DNA of 64,000 nt from Bacteroidales bacterium UBA1745 (GCA_002314885.1 DCHT01000066.1:7689-71688), one strand, 5' to 3'. Shown: positions 19,623 through 29,747, numbered from the stretch's first letter. Notes: a model not told the origin generated them from the letters alone. Numbers and translations: made by a program.

Positions 19623-21122
19623 ATGAAGAAATTATTCTATTTCCTTGCAGCAGCCATTGCATTGACTATGGCCTCCTGCGAAAAGCCAGAACCAGAAACT
19701 CCTGGCACACCAATCACCGTCGATGATGTTGTCGGAAAATGGGTAGCAAGCAGTTACAGTTATTATTCCGATGGCAAGTGTGTGTATTCTATGAATGACC
19801 ACTATCTGGCAAATCAGGGTTCTCTCATTTCTATTACCGTGAATGAGACGGCAGTCATCTCCGGTCCTATGTCATTGCCATATACTATCAATGGCGACAA
19901 GATGGTGGTGTCTGGCCTTCCTTCCACTTTCAAGGATATTACTCTGACTGTGAAGGGCGGTCAACTCATACAGACACTGAATTTATCGGAGCCTGTCAAA
20001 GTTAATCTCAACGGCTCGGTAGTCAGCTATGACTGCGCTTATTCAGTCTATGAAAAGATCCTGCCTTTCACAGATGTCGAAGGCAAGACCTTTGATTATG
20101 TATCAGGAGAGGCTTACTATGACTACCAAGCCCTTGGAACTGTAAGCGACAGTGATCGTGCAAAATATAACATTATGAATTATGTTTATTTTGAGGATTC
20201 CAAGATGGGTCTGGCTGATTATATGAAATTGTCCTATGAGGTCAACAATGATCTTATGTCGGCTAAACTCTTCAGCACCGATGACTGCGACATCTACAGT
20301 TATCTGCGTGCCAGCGACGGTGCACTTGTATTGTTTGTCAGGCCCCTTGGTGACGTTGAACTGACTATGGCTGATGGCTCGAAAGTGAAAGCAAATCAGT
20401 ATTGTTTTACCTATAAGGAGCATATCTATCCAAACTTCACGGTTGAAGACGTCGCCGGTTCCTGGGTTGCGCAGAACTTAAACCTTTATAACGAGGGTAC
20501 CCTTGTTAAGTCACTGTCTATGGCAGATATGTACTACCATAAGAAGCCGGAATATATTACGATTACCTCTGAATGTCTGAACAGGGAAGGCCTTGGCAAG
20601 GTTGGATACGATCTTAAGAATAATCAGATGTTCCTTTCCATTTCTGCTTTCAAGTCCTGGAAGGTCACTTACGAAGATAACGTCCTTACTGAAACCATTA
20701 CTCGCAGTACCTATAAAAACACCATTTACGGCGTTGAATACGAGTATGACAAGATCGTTTCGGATTATGTCAGGATGACTCCTGCTTCTGAAATGGCTGA
20801 TAAGATCTTTAAGATCAAACAGGTTGATTACTACTTGAATTCTGAAATGAAGGGATCGAATACTTCTATCCCTGTGACTGATATGATGTCGACTTTCAAG
20901 CTCTCCTCAGGAAAGGCTGTATTCACTGGTTTCAGCTTCTCCTATGTTATCGACAATATGAATCTGTATTTTGATATGTCGACGACCGGCCGTTGTTATA
21001 TTGTCTTTGTGGAAGGTGGAGCGAAGGCCCTTATGTTCGTCAATAGTACTACTACAACTTCTAATACTGTCAATGGAAAGGAGATAAGCTATAATCACCT
21101 GGTTGTAACATATACTCGATAG
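19623..21122 (+). CDS. Hypothetical lipoprotein with repeated lipocalin-like domains
   Basis: Lipobox MASC; duplicated motifs TVDDVVGKWVA and TVEDVAGSWVA. Confidence 0.75.
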   Translation: MKKLFYFLAAAIALTMASCEKPEPETPGTPITVDDVVGKWVASSYSYYSDGKCVYSMNDHYLANQGSLISITVNETAVISGPMSLPYTINGDKMVVSGLPSTFKDITLTVKGGQLIQTLNLSEPVKVNLNGSVVSYDCAYSVYEKILPFTDVEGKTFDYVSGEAYYDYQALGTVSDSDRAKYNIMNYVYFEDSKMGLADYMKLSYEVNNDLMSAKLFSTDDCDIYSYLRASDGALVLFVRPLGDVELTMADGSKVKANQYCFTYKEHIYPNFTVEDVAGSWVAQNLNLYNEGTLVKSLSMADMYYHKKPEYITITSECLNREGLGKVGYDLKNNQMFLSISAFKSWKVTYEDNVLTETITRSTYKNTIYGVEYEYDKIVSDYVRMTPASEMADKIFKIKQVDYYLNSEMKGSNTSIPVTDMMSTFKLSSGKAVFTGFSFSYVIDNMNLYFDMSTTGRCYIVFVEGGAKALMFVNSTTTTSNTVNGKEISYNHLVVTYTR

Positions 21123-21134
21123 ACATTTATATTT

Positions 21135-22301
21135 ATGAAAACCATCTCAGACACCATCAGATATATTGGCTGTGACGATGCCGATATCCGACTTTTCGAA
21201 TCCCAGTACGTCGTTCCGGAAGGAATGTGCTACAATTCCTATCTCATCCTCGATGAGAAGGTGGCGATTATGGACACTTCCGACAGACGCACTATGGAGC
21301 AGTGGAAGGCTAATCTTGTTGCTGCTCTGGAGGGGCGCAAGCCTGATTATCTGATAGTGCACCATCTGGAGCCTGACCACGCAAGCGGCATTGGCGAGGT
21401 GCTGGAAATGTATCCGGACATCACGGTCGTCTGCTCAGCTAAGGCCAAGGCGATGATTCCGCTTTTCTTCCCGGCAAGCGATCTGAGCGACCGCGTGCTG
21501 GCAGTGAAGGAAGGGGATACCCTCTGCCTGGGTCAGCACACTCTGACTTTCGTGATGGCCCCTATGGTGCATTGGCCTGAGGTTATGGTTACTTACGATG
21601 CCCTGGACAAGGTGCTCTTCTCTGCTGACGGCTTCGGCAAGTTCGGCGTAATCGATTCAGAACCAGACGATTGGGCTTGCGAGGCCCGCCGCTATTATTT
21701 CAATATCTGCGGCAAGTACGGCGCTCCTGTGGCTACCTTGCTCAAGAAGGCCGCAGCGCTCGAGATTGAGCAGATCCTGCCTCTCCACGGCCCTCTCCTC
21801 AGCGGTGAGGCTATGGCCAATGCTCTCCATCTCTACTCCATCTGGAGCAGTTACGGAGTCGAGGCCGAGGGCGTTTTCGTGGCTTATGCATCCATTCACG
21901 GATGCACCGCCGAGGCTGCCGAGAAATTGGCTGAAATCCTGCGCTCAAAGGGTTGCAAGAAGGTTTCCGTGGCTGATATCTGCCGCGAGGACATCCACGA
22001 GGGCGTCGAAGATGCCTTCAAGTATGGCAAGGTCGTCCTGGCCGCTTCCAGCTATGATGCCGGCCTCTTCACTCCAATGTACAACTTCCTCCACCTCCTT
22101 CAGATCAAGGGCTGGCAGAACCGCGAAGTTGCTCTGATTGAAAACGGCAGTTGGGCTCCTTGCGCCGCCAAGGTGATGAAGCAGATGCTGGAGGAAATGA
22201 AGGACATCACCATCAAGGGTGAGACCGTCACTCTCCGCGGCGTCCTGAAGGACAGCGACATTCCTGCGCTGGAGGCCCTTGCCGACGCGATTCTGGGGTA
22301 A
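21135..22301 (+). CDS. fprA: Flavodiiron protein (FprA family)
   Basis: YNSYLI, HHLEPDHAS, VHWPE, SADGFG, PLHG; C-terminal flavodoxin domain (YASIHGCT, ENGSW). Confidence 0.95.
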   Translation: MKTISDTIRYIGCDDADIRLFESQYVVPEGMCYNSYLILDEKVAIMDTSDRRTMEQWKANLVAALEGRKPDYLIVHHLEPDHASGIGEVLEMYPDITVVCSAKAKAMIPLFFPASDLSDRVLAVKEGDTLCLGQHTLTFVMAPMVHWPEVMVTYDALDKVLFSADGFGKFGVIDSEPDDWACEARRYYFNICGKYGAPVATLLKKAAALEIEQILPLHGPLLSGEAMANALHLYSIWSSYGVEAEGVFVAYASIHGCTAEAAEKLAEILRSKGCKKVSVADICREDIHEGVEDAFKYGKVVLAASSYDAGLFTPMYNFLHLLQIKGWQNREVALIENGSWAPCAAKVMKQMLEEMKDITIKGETVTLRGVLKDSDIPALEALADAILG

Positions 22302-22307
22302 ACGACT

Positions 22308-22673
22308 ATGCTTAAGAATTTCCTTTTAATAGGGCTTGGTGGTGCCGTTGGAGCAATGCTCCGCTACGGCATCACCTTGCTTTTTACCGCTCTCTCCTGG
22401 TCGTCCAATGTCGGCACCTTCATCACCAATATCCTCGGATCTTTTGTGATGGGACTTCTTGTCGGATGCTTCAGCCAGTCGCCTTGGCTGCTGATGGCCA
22501 CGGTCGGCCTCTGTGGCGGCTTCACCACCTTCAGCACCTTCTCAATGCAGAGCGTCTCCCTCTTCCAATCTGGCAAATACGGCCTCGCTATCCTCTATAT
22601 GGCCGCCACAGCCATCCTCTGCGTCCTCTTCGCCGCCCTTGGCTGGTGGCTGGGGCACAGGGTTTCGTGCTAG
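22308..22673 (+). CDS. crcB: Fluoride channel Fluc/CrcB
   Basis: GGAVGAMLRY, NILGSF, GLCGGFTTFSTF. Confidence 0.95.
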   Translation: MLKNFLLIGLGGAVGAMLRYGITLLFTALSWSSNVGTFITNILGSFVMGLLVGCFSQSPWLLMATVGLCGGFTTFSTFSMQSVSLFQSGKYGLAILYMAATAILCVLFAALGWWLGHRVSC

Positions 22674-22696
22674 TTTCGCTGTTTTTTTGACGAATC

Positions 22697-23446
22697 TTAC
22701 TTTTTCCTCGTCAGATCCAGCACGCCGTTGATGACGGTCAGCGGATGAGCCGGATTTCCCGGGATGTAGAGGTCGACCTGGTGATTGTCCAGGAAGGAGC
22801 GGTCGAGGTCGGATGAGCCGGCGTACATACCGCCGCTGATGGCGTCGGTGCCGTCGAGCACGATGATTCTAGGTTCTGGGCAGGCCTCGTAGGTGAGTTC
22901 CAGGGCCTTTGCCATATTGGCTGAGATTGGGCCGGTGACGAGGACGCCGTCGGCGTGGCGAGGGGAGGCGGCGAATTCGATGCCGTAGCGGCCGAGGTCG
23001 AACTGCACGTTGCCGGTGGCGTTGAGCTCGGCTTCGCAGCTGCCGTCACCGCCGGCTGATACCTGCCTGAGCTTCAGGGAGTGGCGGAATATCTTGCGGA
23101 TTTCCGGTCTGATTGCGTCCTTGTCGATTTCGATAGGCTTGTCTTCGCCTTCGCGGATGATGAGCCTTTCGCGTACGTTGGTGGCGAGGTGGGTGTCATC
23201 GGTGAAGTGCACCTTCTGAGGGAAGCACCTTTCGCATTCGCCGCAGAAGAGGCATTTGCCGAGGTCTATGCTGACTGGGGCCGTGCCGATTGCACCGCTT
23301 GGGCACAGGTCTGCGAAGGCCTGCTCATCGACCTTTTCGGTGGAGATCACAGGACGGCCGCGGAATACGCCGGGAGCCTTTGCTGTGCGTACATCAGGAA
23401 TGAACTGCTTGCCCTGATGGAAGAATATCTTGAGATTGTCGAACAT
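22697..23446 (-). CDS. Ehr small subunit: ferredoxin domain fused to a NuoB/HycG-like domain
   Basis: CPSGAI and CLFCGEC; ASPRHADG.LVTGP; canonical Cys ligand positions read GDGSCE, GTDAISGG and PGNP. Confidence 0.88.
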   Translation of the reverse strand: MFDNLKIFFHQGKQFIPDVRTAKAPGVFRGRPVISTEKVDEQAFADLCPSGAIGTAPVSIDLGKCLFCGECERCFPQKVHFTDDTHLATNVRERLIIREGEDKPIEIDKDAIRPEIRKIFRHSLKLRQVSAGGDGSCEAELNATGNVQFDLGRYGIEFAASPRHADGVLVTGPISANMAKALELTYEACPEPRIIVLDGTDAISGGMYAGSSDLDRSFLDNHQVDLYIPGNPAHPLTVINGVLDLTRKK

Positions 23447-23457
23447 AGCTTGAAATA

Positions 23458-24933
23458 TTAAAGGTCGTGTCCGCAATAGGACAGGTTGAAACTCTTGTTG
23501 CAGATAGGGAAGTCTGAGATTTCATTGCCTCTGACTGCGAGGGCAAGGGCCATCCAGTTGTGGAAGGAAGGGTCCTTGATCTTGTAGGCTGCGAGTTCGC
23601 CCTCTGCATCGGTAACTGCGCAGTGGCAGATTTCACCGCGCCATCCCTCGGTGAGGGAGATTGCGAATGAATCGGCCTTAGGAGTGCCTGCGGACTGCAT
23701 TTTGCCATCGAATTCAGGCATATCTTCGAGCAGTGCCCTGACGATTCTCAGTGACTGCTTGACTTCGTCGATACGGAGTTCGGTGCGTGCGAGCACGTCG
23801 CCGGTGGTCTTCACGACTGGCTCAACAAGTCCCGCATAGAGGCCATACGGATGAGATGCCCTGATGTCCCTGGAGACGCCGGCGCATTTGGCTGCCATAC
23901 CGACGGCTCCGATGGATTCCGCCTGCTCCTTGCTGACTACGCCGGTGCGCTCCAGACGGGAGAGGACTGAAGGGAAGTGCTGCACCTTATCGCACATCTC
24001 CAGGAAGTCACGCTCGTAGGCGGCGAGGTCGCTCAGGAGCTGCTGCCTGAGTTCCTCGGTGAAGGCGTATGGGGCGTATGCCGGGCGGACATTGCCCTTG
24101 CCCAGACGGTTGCCGCACCAGCGCTGTGAGAAATTCACGATAGGGGTGCGCAGGCGGCCGTAAACGGCTGCTCCGAGCTGATATGCCACATCGCCGCATA
24201 TTGCGCCCAGATCGCCCGTATGATTGGCCATACGCTCAAGTTCTGCCGCGAGTGTCCTGGCCCAGAGCACGGATTTGTCGGGAGTGTAGCCGCAGAGGCT
24301 CTCCCAGACGCCTGCAAAGGCGGTGGAATGGCTGACTGCGGTGTCGCCGGCAACGCCTTCCGCGAGCAGGACGCGCTCGATCAGACGCTTCTTCTCGAGC
24401 ATAAGGCGCTCTGTGCCCCTGTGCTGCCAGCCGAGCTGGATTTCGAGATGGAGCACATCCTCACCGTTGCAGATGAAGCGGAAATGACCTGGTTCGATCA
24501 CGCCGGCGTGGACAGGGCCTACACCGACTTCGTGCAGTTCCTCGCCCTCCATCTTGAAGAATTCATATTTGTCAGGGAAGAAGTTGCGGACTGGCTTGTA
24601 CCAAGGATGTCCTTCGAATTCGAGGCCCCAGTTCTCGTGGATTTCGCGCTCGTAGCGCTCCAGGGCGAGGATGTCCTTGGCTGCGGACTCCAGTTTCGCG
24701 CCTTTCTCCACGTCGCAGGCGAATACGAGTATGTCGTGGGCGTTGTCGTCCGCGATGCACATCATAAGCCTGAGTCCATCCCCGCAAGGATATGCGAAGT
24801 AGCTTGCGCAATGCCTTGCCTTGTCGCCCATAAGTTCGATTGTGAGCGTCCTGAAGCTGTCGTAGGCGAGGACTGGGATGTCCGCTACCTTTACGCAGCC
24901 TCCGTTATTTATATGAAGTATATTGTTGTCCAT
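23458..24933 (-). CDS. Ehr large subunit (NuoC/D, HycE-like) lacking NiFe-binding CxxC motifs
   Basis: VGPVHAGVIEPGHFRF, QHRGTE, EGWRGE, KDPSFHNW; EGVAGD and NKSFNLSYCGHDL stand where the two CxxC motifs would be. Confidence 0.92.
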   Translation of the reverse strand: MDNNILHINNGGCVKVADIPVLAYDSFRTLTIELMGDKARHCASYFAYPCGDGLRLMMCIADDNAHDILVFACDVEKGAKLESAAKDILALERYEREIHENWGLEFEGHPWYKPVRNFFPDKYEFFKMEGEELHEVGVGPVHAGVIEPGHFRFICNGEDVLHLEIQLGWQHRGTERLMLEKKRLIERVLLAEGVAGDTAVSHSTAFAGVWESLCGYTPDKSVLWARTLAAELERMANHTGDLGAICGDVAYQLGAAVYGRLRTPIVNFSQRWCGNRLGKGNVRPAYAPYAFTEELRQQLLSDLAAYERDFLEMCDKVQHFPSVLSRLERTGVVSKEQAESIGAVGMAAKCAGVSRDIRASHPYGLYAGLVEPVVKTTGDVLARTELRIDEVKQSLRIVRALLEDMPEFDGKMQSAGTPKADSFAISLTEGWRGEICHCAVTDAEGELAAYKIKDPSFHNWMALALAVRGNEISDFPICNKSFNLSYCGHDL

Positions 24934-24937
24934 AGCA

Positions 24938-26359
24938 TTACTGTAACATTGCTGCGGCCTGCTGGATGAGTTCGAGCAGGAATGCAGGAGGATTGAAGCC
25001 GATGTAGGCGGCGAGAACGAAGAGAATCAGCTGTGAGACGGACTCCCAAGGGGATATCTTTATCTTCTCCACAGGCTTGGTGGCAGGGAGGAAGATGATG
25101 CGGAAGATGCTTCTGGCGAAGGCCCAGAGCAGCACTGTAAGCAGGAAGGCGGTGATTGCGAATACCACCCAGCTGCCGTTTGCTATCATAGCCTTGAAAA
25201 CGAGCAATTCGCTGAAGAAGAGGCCTGAAGGCGGTACTGCGGCGATGCTGACGAAGCCCAGGAGCAGCACGAGTGCGCCGAAAGGATTGAGCTTGAGATA
25301 GTCGCCCATATCGTCTATCATCTTGCTGGAATAGACGCGCCAGAGCTGGGTGAAGTGGAAGAAGAGTCCGGACTTCACGAAGGTGTGCATCACGATGTGC
25401 AGCATTGCGGCGATGAAGCCTGCCTTGCCGAAGCACAGGCCCAGGGTGACGACTGACATATGCTCAATGCCTGAGTAGGCGAGCATACGCTTGACGTTGC
25501 TGATCCTCGCCATATAGATGGTGGCGATGAAGAGAGTGATGAGCGCTGCGATGAGCATCACCATCCTTGCCCAATCGGCTACCGGAGTGCCGCTGATGGC
25601 TGAATAGACCCTGTAGATGCCGCAGAAGCCGAGGTTCATCAGTGCGCTGGCGAGCAGGGCGCCCGCAGGTGCAGGAGCTTTGTCCTTGGCGTCGACGCCG
25701 GCCGTGAACATTGGGAAGAGGCCCAGTTTCGCGGTGTATCCGGCGAAGATGAAGAGGAAGCCGAGCTTCATCCAGAAACTGTTCAGAGTGGCCTTGTGGG
25801 CCAGCAGGTCGGTGTAGAAGAGCTCGGAGCAGCCGTCGTGGAGAAGGGCTAGACTGATGAACAGTATGCCCACGAACACGAAGCTGATGCTGATCGCACA
25901 GACGAAGACGTATTTCCAGGTGGCCTCGAGGGCGAGTTTGCTGCGGTGGTGGTAGATGAGCATAGCCGCGCTGAGGGTGGTGATCTCAGTGAAGATCCAG
26001 GTCACTGCGGCGTGGTTGGCCAGGTAGCCCATAGTCATTGCGGCTATGAGGAGTACGCAGGAGGCGTTGTAGACTGCTGCGCTGCCAGGCGAGCTGAGCG
26101 GCTTGGTGAGATAGATGCGGCTGTGAAGGAGGGTAGGGTAGCTTACGATGGTGAGTGTGAGGAGCAGTATGAGCCCCATTGCATCGAAGCTGAAGTAGTT
26201 GAGTTCAGTGCAGCCCTGATGCAGCATCGCGTGCACTGTGAGCAGGGTCTGAACTCCCAGGAAAAGCACTCCGAGTAGGTCGGAGAGCACTCTTGAACGG
26301 CTGAAGACCAGACCGATGACGATGCAGAAGACTGCTGCGAGATAAATTGCTGTGATCAT
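24938..26359 (-). CDS. Ehr antiporter-like membrane subunit (HyfF-like)
   Basis: ALEATWKY, GYTAKLGLFP, KRMLAYSGIEH, PPSGLFFSE. Confidence 0.9.
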   Translation of the reverse strand: MITAIYLAAVFCIVIGLVFSRSRVLSDLLGVLFLGVQTLLTVHAMLHQGCTELNYFSFDAMGLILLLTLTIVSYPTLLHSRIYLTKPLSSPGSAAVYNASCVLLIAAMTMGYLANHAAVTWIFTEITTLSAAMLIYHHRSKLALEATWKYVFVCAISISFVFVGILFISLALLHDGCSELFYTDLLAHKATLNSFWMKLGFLFIFAGYTAKLGLFPMFTAGVDAKDKAPAPAGALLASALMNLGFCGIYRVYSAISGTPVADWARMVMLIAALITLFIATIYMARISNVKRMLAYSGIEHMSVVTLGLCFGKAGFIAAMLHIVMHTFVKSGLFFHFTQLWRVYSSKMIDDMGDYLKLNPFGALVLLLGFVSIAAVPPSGLFFSELLVFKAMIANGSWVVFAITAFLLTVLLWAFARSIFRIIFLPATKPVEKIKISPWESVSQLILFVLAAYIGFNPPAFLLELIQQAAAMLQ

Positions 26360-26363
26360 AGTC

Positions 26364-26993
26364 CTAGTCTTTGAGTTTGTTGAGTGAGTCAATGTCTACA
26401 TCGTGGAATACGTCTCCGATCTTGTTGGCGAAGATTCCGAGGATGAGCACGGATGCGAAGATATCGAGCATTACGCCGAGGTTCACCAGGGCAGGCATTT
26501 CGTTACCGACTGCGAGCGAGAGTATGAATACGCCGTTCTCGATCACGCAGTAGCCTACCACGTGGGTGAGGATCTTGCGTCGTGAGACTATGAGGTACAG
26601 ACCGGTGAAAATGGCCGATACCGCGCCCACGAAGAAGAATTTGTCGAGTATGAGGTCGTCGATGCTGCCGGACAGAAGTATGGAGCCTACCACGATTCCC
26701 GCCACGATGAGCAGGGAAATGAAGTTCGGCAGATAAGGCTCGGTCTCACGTGTGATGCCGTTGTGGCGTATGATTCTCTCGAGGCAATATGGCACTGCGG
26801 CCGCCTTGAAGACTATGGTCTCGAGCAGTATGACGACGAGGTTGAAGATGTTGAAGTCCTTGAGGTGGAAGGCCGCCACGAGGAACAGCAGTATGCCCTG
26901 GAATACCAGGATCTTGATATAGTTCCTCATCCTGTTGGCAATGGCCATATAGAGCAGGGTGGCGAGGAATATTATAATAAGTGTTTCCAGCAT
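26364..26993 (-). CDS. Ehr membrane subunit (HyfE-like)
   Basis: Hydrophobic 209 aa; FQG, K...VP, ENGVF, C-terminal LNKLKD; operon position. Confidence 0.85.
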   Translation of the reverse strand: MLETLIIIFLATLLYMAIANRMRNYIKILVFQGILLFLVAAFHLKDFNIFNLVVILLETIVFKAAAVPYCLERIIRHNGITRETEPYLPNFISLLIVAGIVVGSILLSGSIDDLILDKFFFVGAVSAIFTGLYLIVSRRKILTHVVGYCVIENGVFILSLAVGNEMPALVNLGVMLDIFASVLILGIFANKIGDVFHDVDIDSLNKLKD

Positions 26994-26999
26994 AGTTCC

Positions 27000-27905
27000 T
27001 TATACGAGTTGTCCGGACATAAGCATCACTCCGAATACGGCGAGGAGGGCGATGCAGGCCAGTGTGAATATGAACTGAGGATTGTGGTTCATCCTGAAGC
27101 GGGCGGTGAATGACTCGTTGACGCCGATGATCACTGCGCAGAGGACCTGTATTGCGAGGAATACAGGGATGCCGAATCCTACGGGGATGCTGCCGATGAA
27201 GAGATTTGCTATCAGGGCAGCGTACATTGCGAACTTGAGGTAGCCGGTCACGAAGATGAGACCGAGGTCTATGCCGCTGTTGTCGAGGACCATAACCTCG
27301 TGAATCATAGTGAGTTCGAGGTGGGTCTTAGGGTCGTCCACAGGCATACGGCTGTTCTCTATCATCGCGAGGACGAGGAAGATGAACGCAGCGATGACTG
27401 CGAGCGCCCAGCTCATAGTGCTGCTTGGGTGCAGGGCCGCGAAGATGCTCTCGAAGGAGCTGTGTCCCGTCATCATTGCGAGGGAACCCATAATCAGGAA
27501 GAATGCAGGCTCTGCGAGCATTGAATAGGTGGCCTCGCGGGAGGCGCCCATACCTTCGAAGCTGGAGCCTGTGTCAAGTGCGCCGATGATGCAGAAGAAC
27601 TTGCCGAGGGCGAGTGCGTAGGCGAAGAATACGAAGTCTCCGTTGAAGCTGATGAGACCGGCCTTGTGCCCGAATGGGACGCAGAGGCAGGCTATGATAA
27701 CCGATGCCAGATAGACTGCAGGGGCCATTTTGAATACCGGGCCGGTGACGTCGCTGTAGACTGCGCCCTTGCGGAAGAGCCTTATGACGTCCTGGATAGG
27801 CTGCATTATGCCGGGACCTTTTCTGCCGGCGCATCTGCTCTTCACGCGGCCTATGATACCGTTGAAGAAGAGCGCTGAAATGAGAATGAGTATCAGACTT
27901 GTCAT
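27000..27905 (-). CDS. Ehr membrane subunit (NuoH/HycD/HyfC-like)
   Basis: GRKGPGIMQP, LDTGSSFEGMGASRE, ENSRMPVDDPKTHLELTMIHE. Confidence 0.92.
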   Translation of the reverse strand: MTSLILILISALFFNGIIGRVKSRCAGRKGPGIMQPIQDVIRLFRKGAVYSDVTGPVFKMAPAVYLASVIIACLCVPFGHKAGLISFNGDFVFFAYALALGKFFCIIGALDTGSSFEGMGASREATYSMLAEPAFFLIMGSLAMMTGHSSFESIFAALHPSSTMSWALAVIAAFIFLVLAMIENSRMPVDDPKTHLELTMIHEVMVLDNSGIDLGLIFVTGYLKFAMYAALIANLFIGSIPVGFGIPVFLAIQVLCAVIIGVNESFTARFRMNHNPQFIFTLACIALLAVFGVMLMSGQLV

Positions 27906-27909
27906 ATCG

Positions 27910-29664
27910 CTAGCAGAATAAGAAGGTTATGATAAGTGTGCAGATGATGAAGACTATGCCATAGAGCACATAGAACTGCATCTTGCCGTTCTGAAGGAAG
28001 GAGAAACGGTCCATCAGGCGGTTGTAGGCTCCCAGAGGCTTGTCTATGAGAGTGTTCTCCAACTTGTCGTAGGACTCTGACTCGAAGCTGCCGTCGGTAG
28101 GGTATATGCCCACAGGCAGTTTCTTTTCCTTCTTGTTTCCGAGAATGAATGAGAAGAGCTGCACATAGGTCTTCACGAATGAAGTGGCGGTGTACTGGAT
28201 CTTTGGAGTGCCCTGGGTGTAGCCGCAGCCCCAGGTAGGGCCTTCAGCCACTGCACGGCGGGCATTGTGCCTGCTCTTGGCGATGTAGATGACGGCTGCA
28301 AAAAGCAGGAAGAGAAGGCCTGCAAGGCCGACCAGAGTCAGGTTGACATTGGTGTTCAGGGCTTCGCTGCTTGCGTATGGGAAGCATTCTATGGCTTTGC
28401 CTGCAAGTTTCGAGTAGAGACCCGGGCAGAGGCCGATGGAAAGCATGATCACTGCCTCGATGGCGAGCGGAACGATGCGGCAAGGCTCCATTTCGTGGGC
28501 GTCCACTTCAGTCCTAGGGCTGCCCAGGAAGATGATTCCGAATGCCTTGGTGAAGCAGAGGATTGCGAGACCGCCTATCATCACGAGGGCCAGGATGGAG
28601 AATACCGCTCCGGTGGTGACGCCTGGCTCTGCACCCTGCATCCATCCGAAGAGGCCGCTGTAGATGAGGAATTCGGAGATGAATCCGTTCATTGGCGGCA
28701 GACCGCAGATGGCAATTGAGGCAATGAGGAAGAGGGCCGCGGTCCAAGGCATCTTCTTGGCCAGGCCACCGAGGCTCTCGATATCGAGGGTGTGGGTGGC
28801 GTGATATACGTTGCCTGAACAGAAGAAGAGCACTGACTTGAAGAGGGCGTGGTTGAGCGTGTGCAGCAGCGCACCTGCGAAACCGAGGGTTGCGAGCACC
28901 GTGTCGCCGTTGCCGGCTCCGATGCAGCCGAGTCCTATGCCCATACCGATGATTCCGATGTTCTCGATGCTATGGTAGGCGAGGAGCTTCTTGAGGTTGT
29001 GCTGAAGTATGGCCATCATCACGCCATAGAGGCCCGAAATGGCTGAAACCGTGAGTATGATGGCACCTGCAGTCACGAAGTCGATGCTGAACCAGGAGAT
29101 CATCCTGAGTATGCCGAAGATGCCTATCTTGATGATCACGCCTGACATCACGCCTGAAATATGGGCCGGAGCTGCTGGATGCGCGTATGGCAGCCAGGTG
29201 TGGAAAGGCACGAAGCCGGCCTTCACCGCGAAGCCTGCGAAAAGGAGCAGGAATGCGGCCATTCCGTTGTTGTGGGCGCAGTAGCGGGGGATAGAGCAGA
29301 ATTCGTAGGAACCTGTCTTCGCTGCTATCATCATAAATCCAGCGGTCAGAAGCACCACTGAAACGTGTGACTGAATGAAGAAATTGATGCCGGCCTTGAT
29401 CGTCTCCGGCTTCTCGCTCTCATAAATGATAAGGAAGAACGAGCTGAGGGCCATGATTTCCCAGCACACCAGGAACTGAATGGAGTTCTGCACCACGCAC
29501 AGCAGCATCATCGATGCGTATGCTATGGCGTAATTGATCCAATGGAGAGTGTTCCTGAGAGGCCTGCCCTTGTAGTGCTTCATATAGCCGATTCCGTAGA
29601 TAGCGCCGCAAACGAACACTATCGTAATGATGGCCATAAACCACATTGATAAGTACATATTCAT
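27910..29664 (-). CDS. Ehr antiporter-like membrane subunit (HyfB-like)
   Basis: WEIMALSSF, KAGFVPFHTWLPYAHPAAP, KKLLAYHSIENIG, GLPPMNGFISE, TWGCGY. Confidence 0.92.
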   Translation of the reverse strand: MNMYLSMWFMAIITIVFVCGAIYGIGYMKHYKGRPLRNTLHWINYAIAYASMMLLCVVQNSIQFLVCWEIMALSSFFLIIYESEKPETIKAGINFFIQSHVSVVLLTAGFMMIAAKTGSYEFCSIPRYCAHNNGMAAFLLLFAGFAVKAGFVPFHTWLPYAHPAAPAHISGVMSGVIIKIGIFGILRMISWFSIDFVTAGAIILTVSAISGLYGVMMAILQHNLKKLLAYHSIENIGIIGMGIGLGCIGAGNGDTVLATLGFAGALLHTLNHALFKSVLFFCSGNVYHATHTLDIESLGGLAKKMPWTAALFLIASIAICGLPPMNGFISEFLIYSGLFGWMQGAEPGVTTGAVFSILALVMIGGLAILCFTKAFGIIFLGSPRTEVDAHEMEPCRIVPLAIEAVIMLSIGLCPGLYSKLAGKAIECFPYASSEALNTNVNLTLVGLAGLLFLLFAAVIYIAKSRHNARRAVAEGPTWGCGYTQGTPKIQYTATSFVKTYVQLFSFILGNKKEKKLPVGIYPTDGSFESESYDKLENTLIDKPLGAYNRLMDRFSFLQNGKMQFYVLYGIVFIICTLIITFLFC

Positions 29665-29685
29665 CTCGATTTTATAAAACGGGCG

Positions 29686-29693
29686 CAAATGTA
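29686..29693 (-). promoter_or_regulatory. -7 promoter element of the Ehr operon
   Basis: TACATTTG (TAnnTTTG) about 20 bp upstream of the ATG at 29664. Confidence 0.55.
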
Positions 29694-29747
29694 CGAAAAT
29701 TTTATTAAATAAATATGTGTATATTTACGGCTGAAATATTCAATTAA

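Noticed and set aside
22290-22310. Fluoride riboswitch upstream of crcB
   Set aside because: Only 6 bp separate fprA and crcB, and no riboswitch motif was recognised.
22697-29664. Annotation as a functional group 4 NiFe hydrogenase or formate hydrogenlyase
   Set aside because: The Ni-binding CxxC motifs are absent, and no maturation or formate dehydrogenase genes are adjacent.
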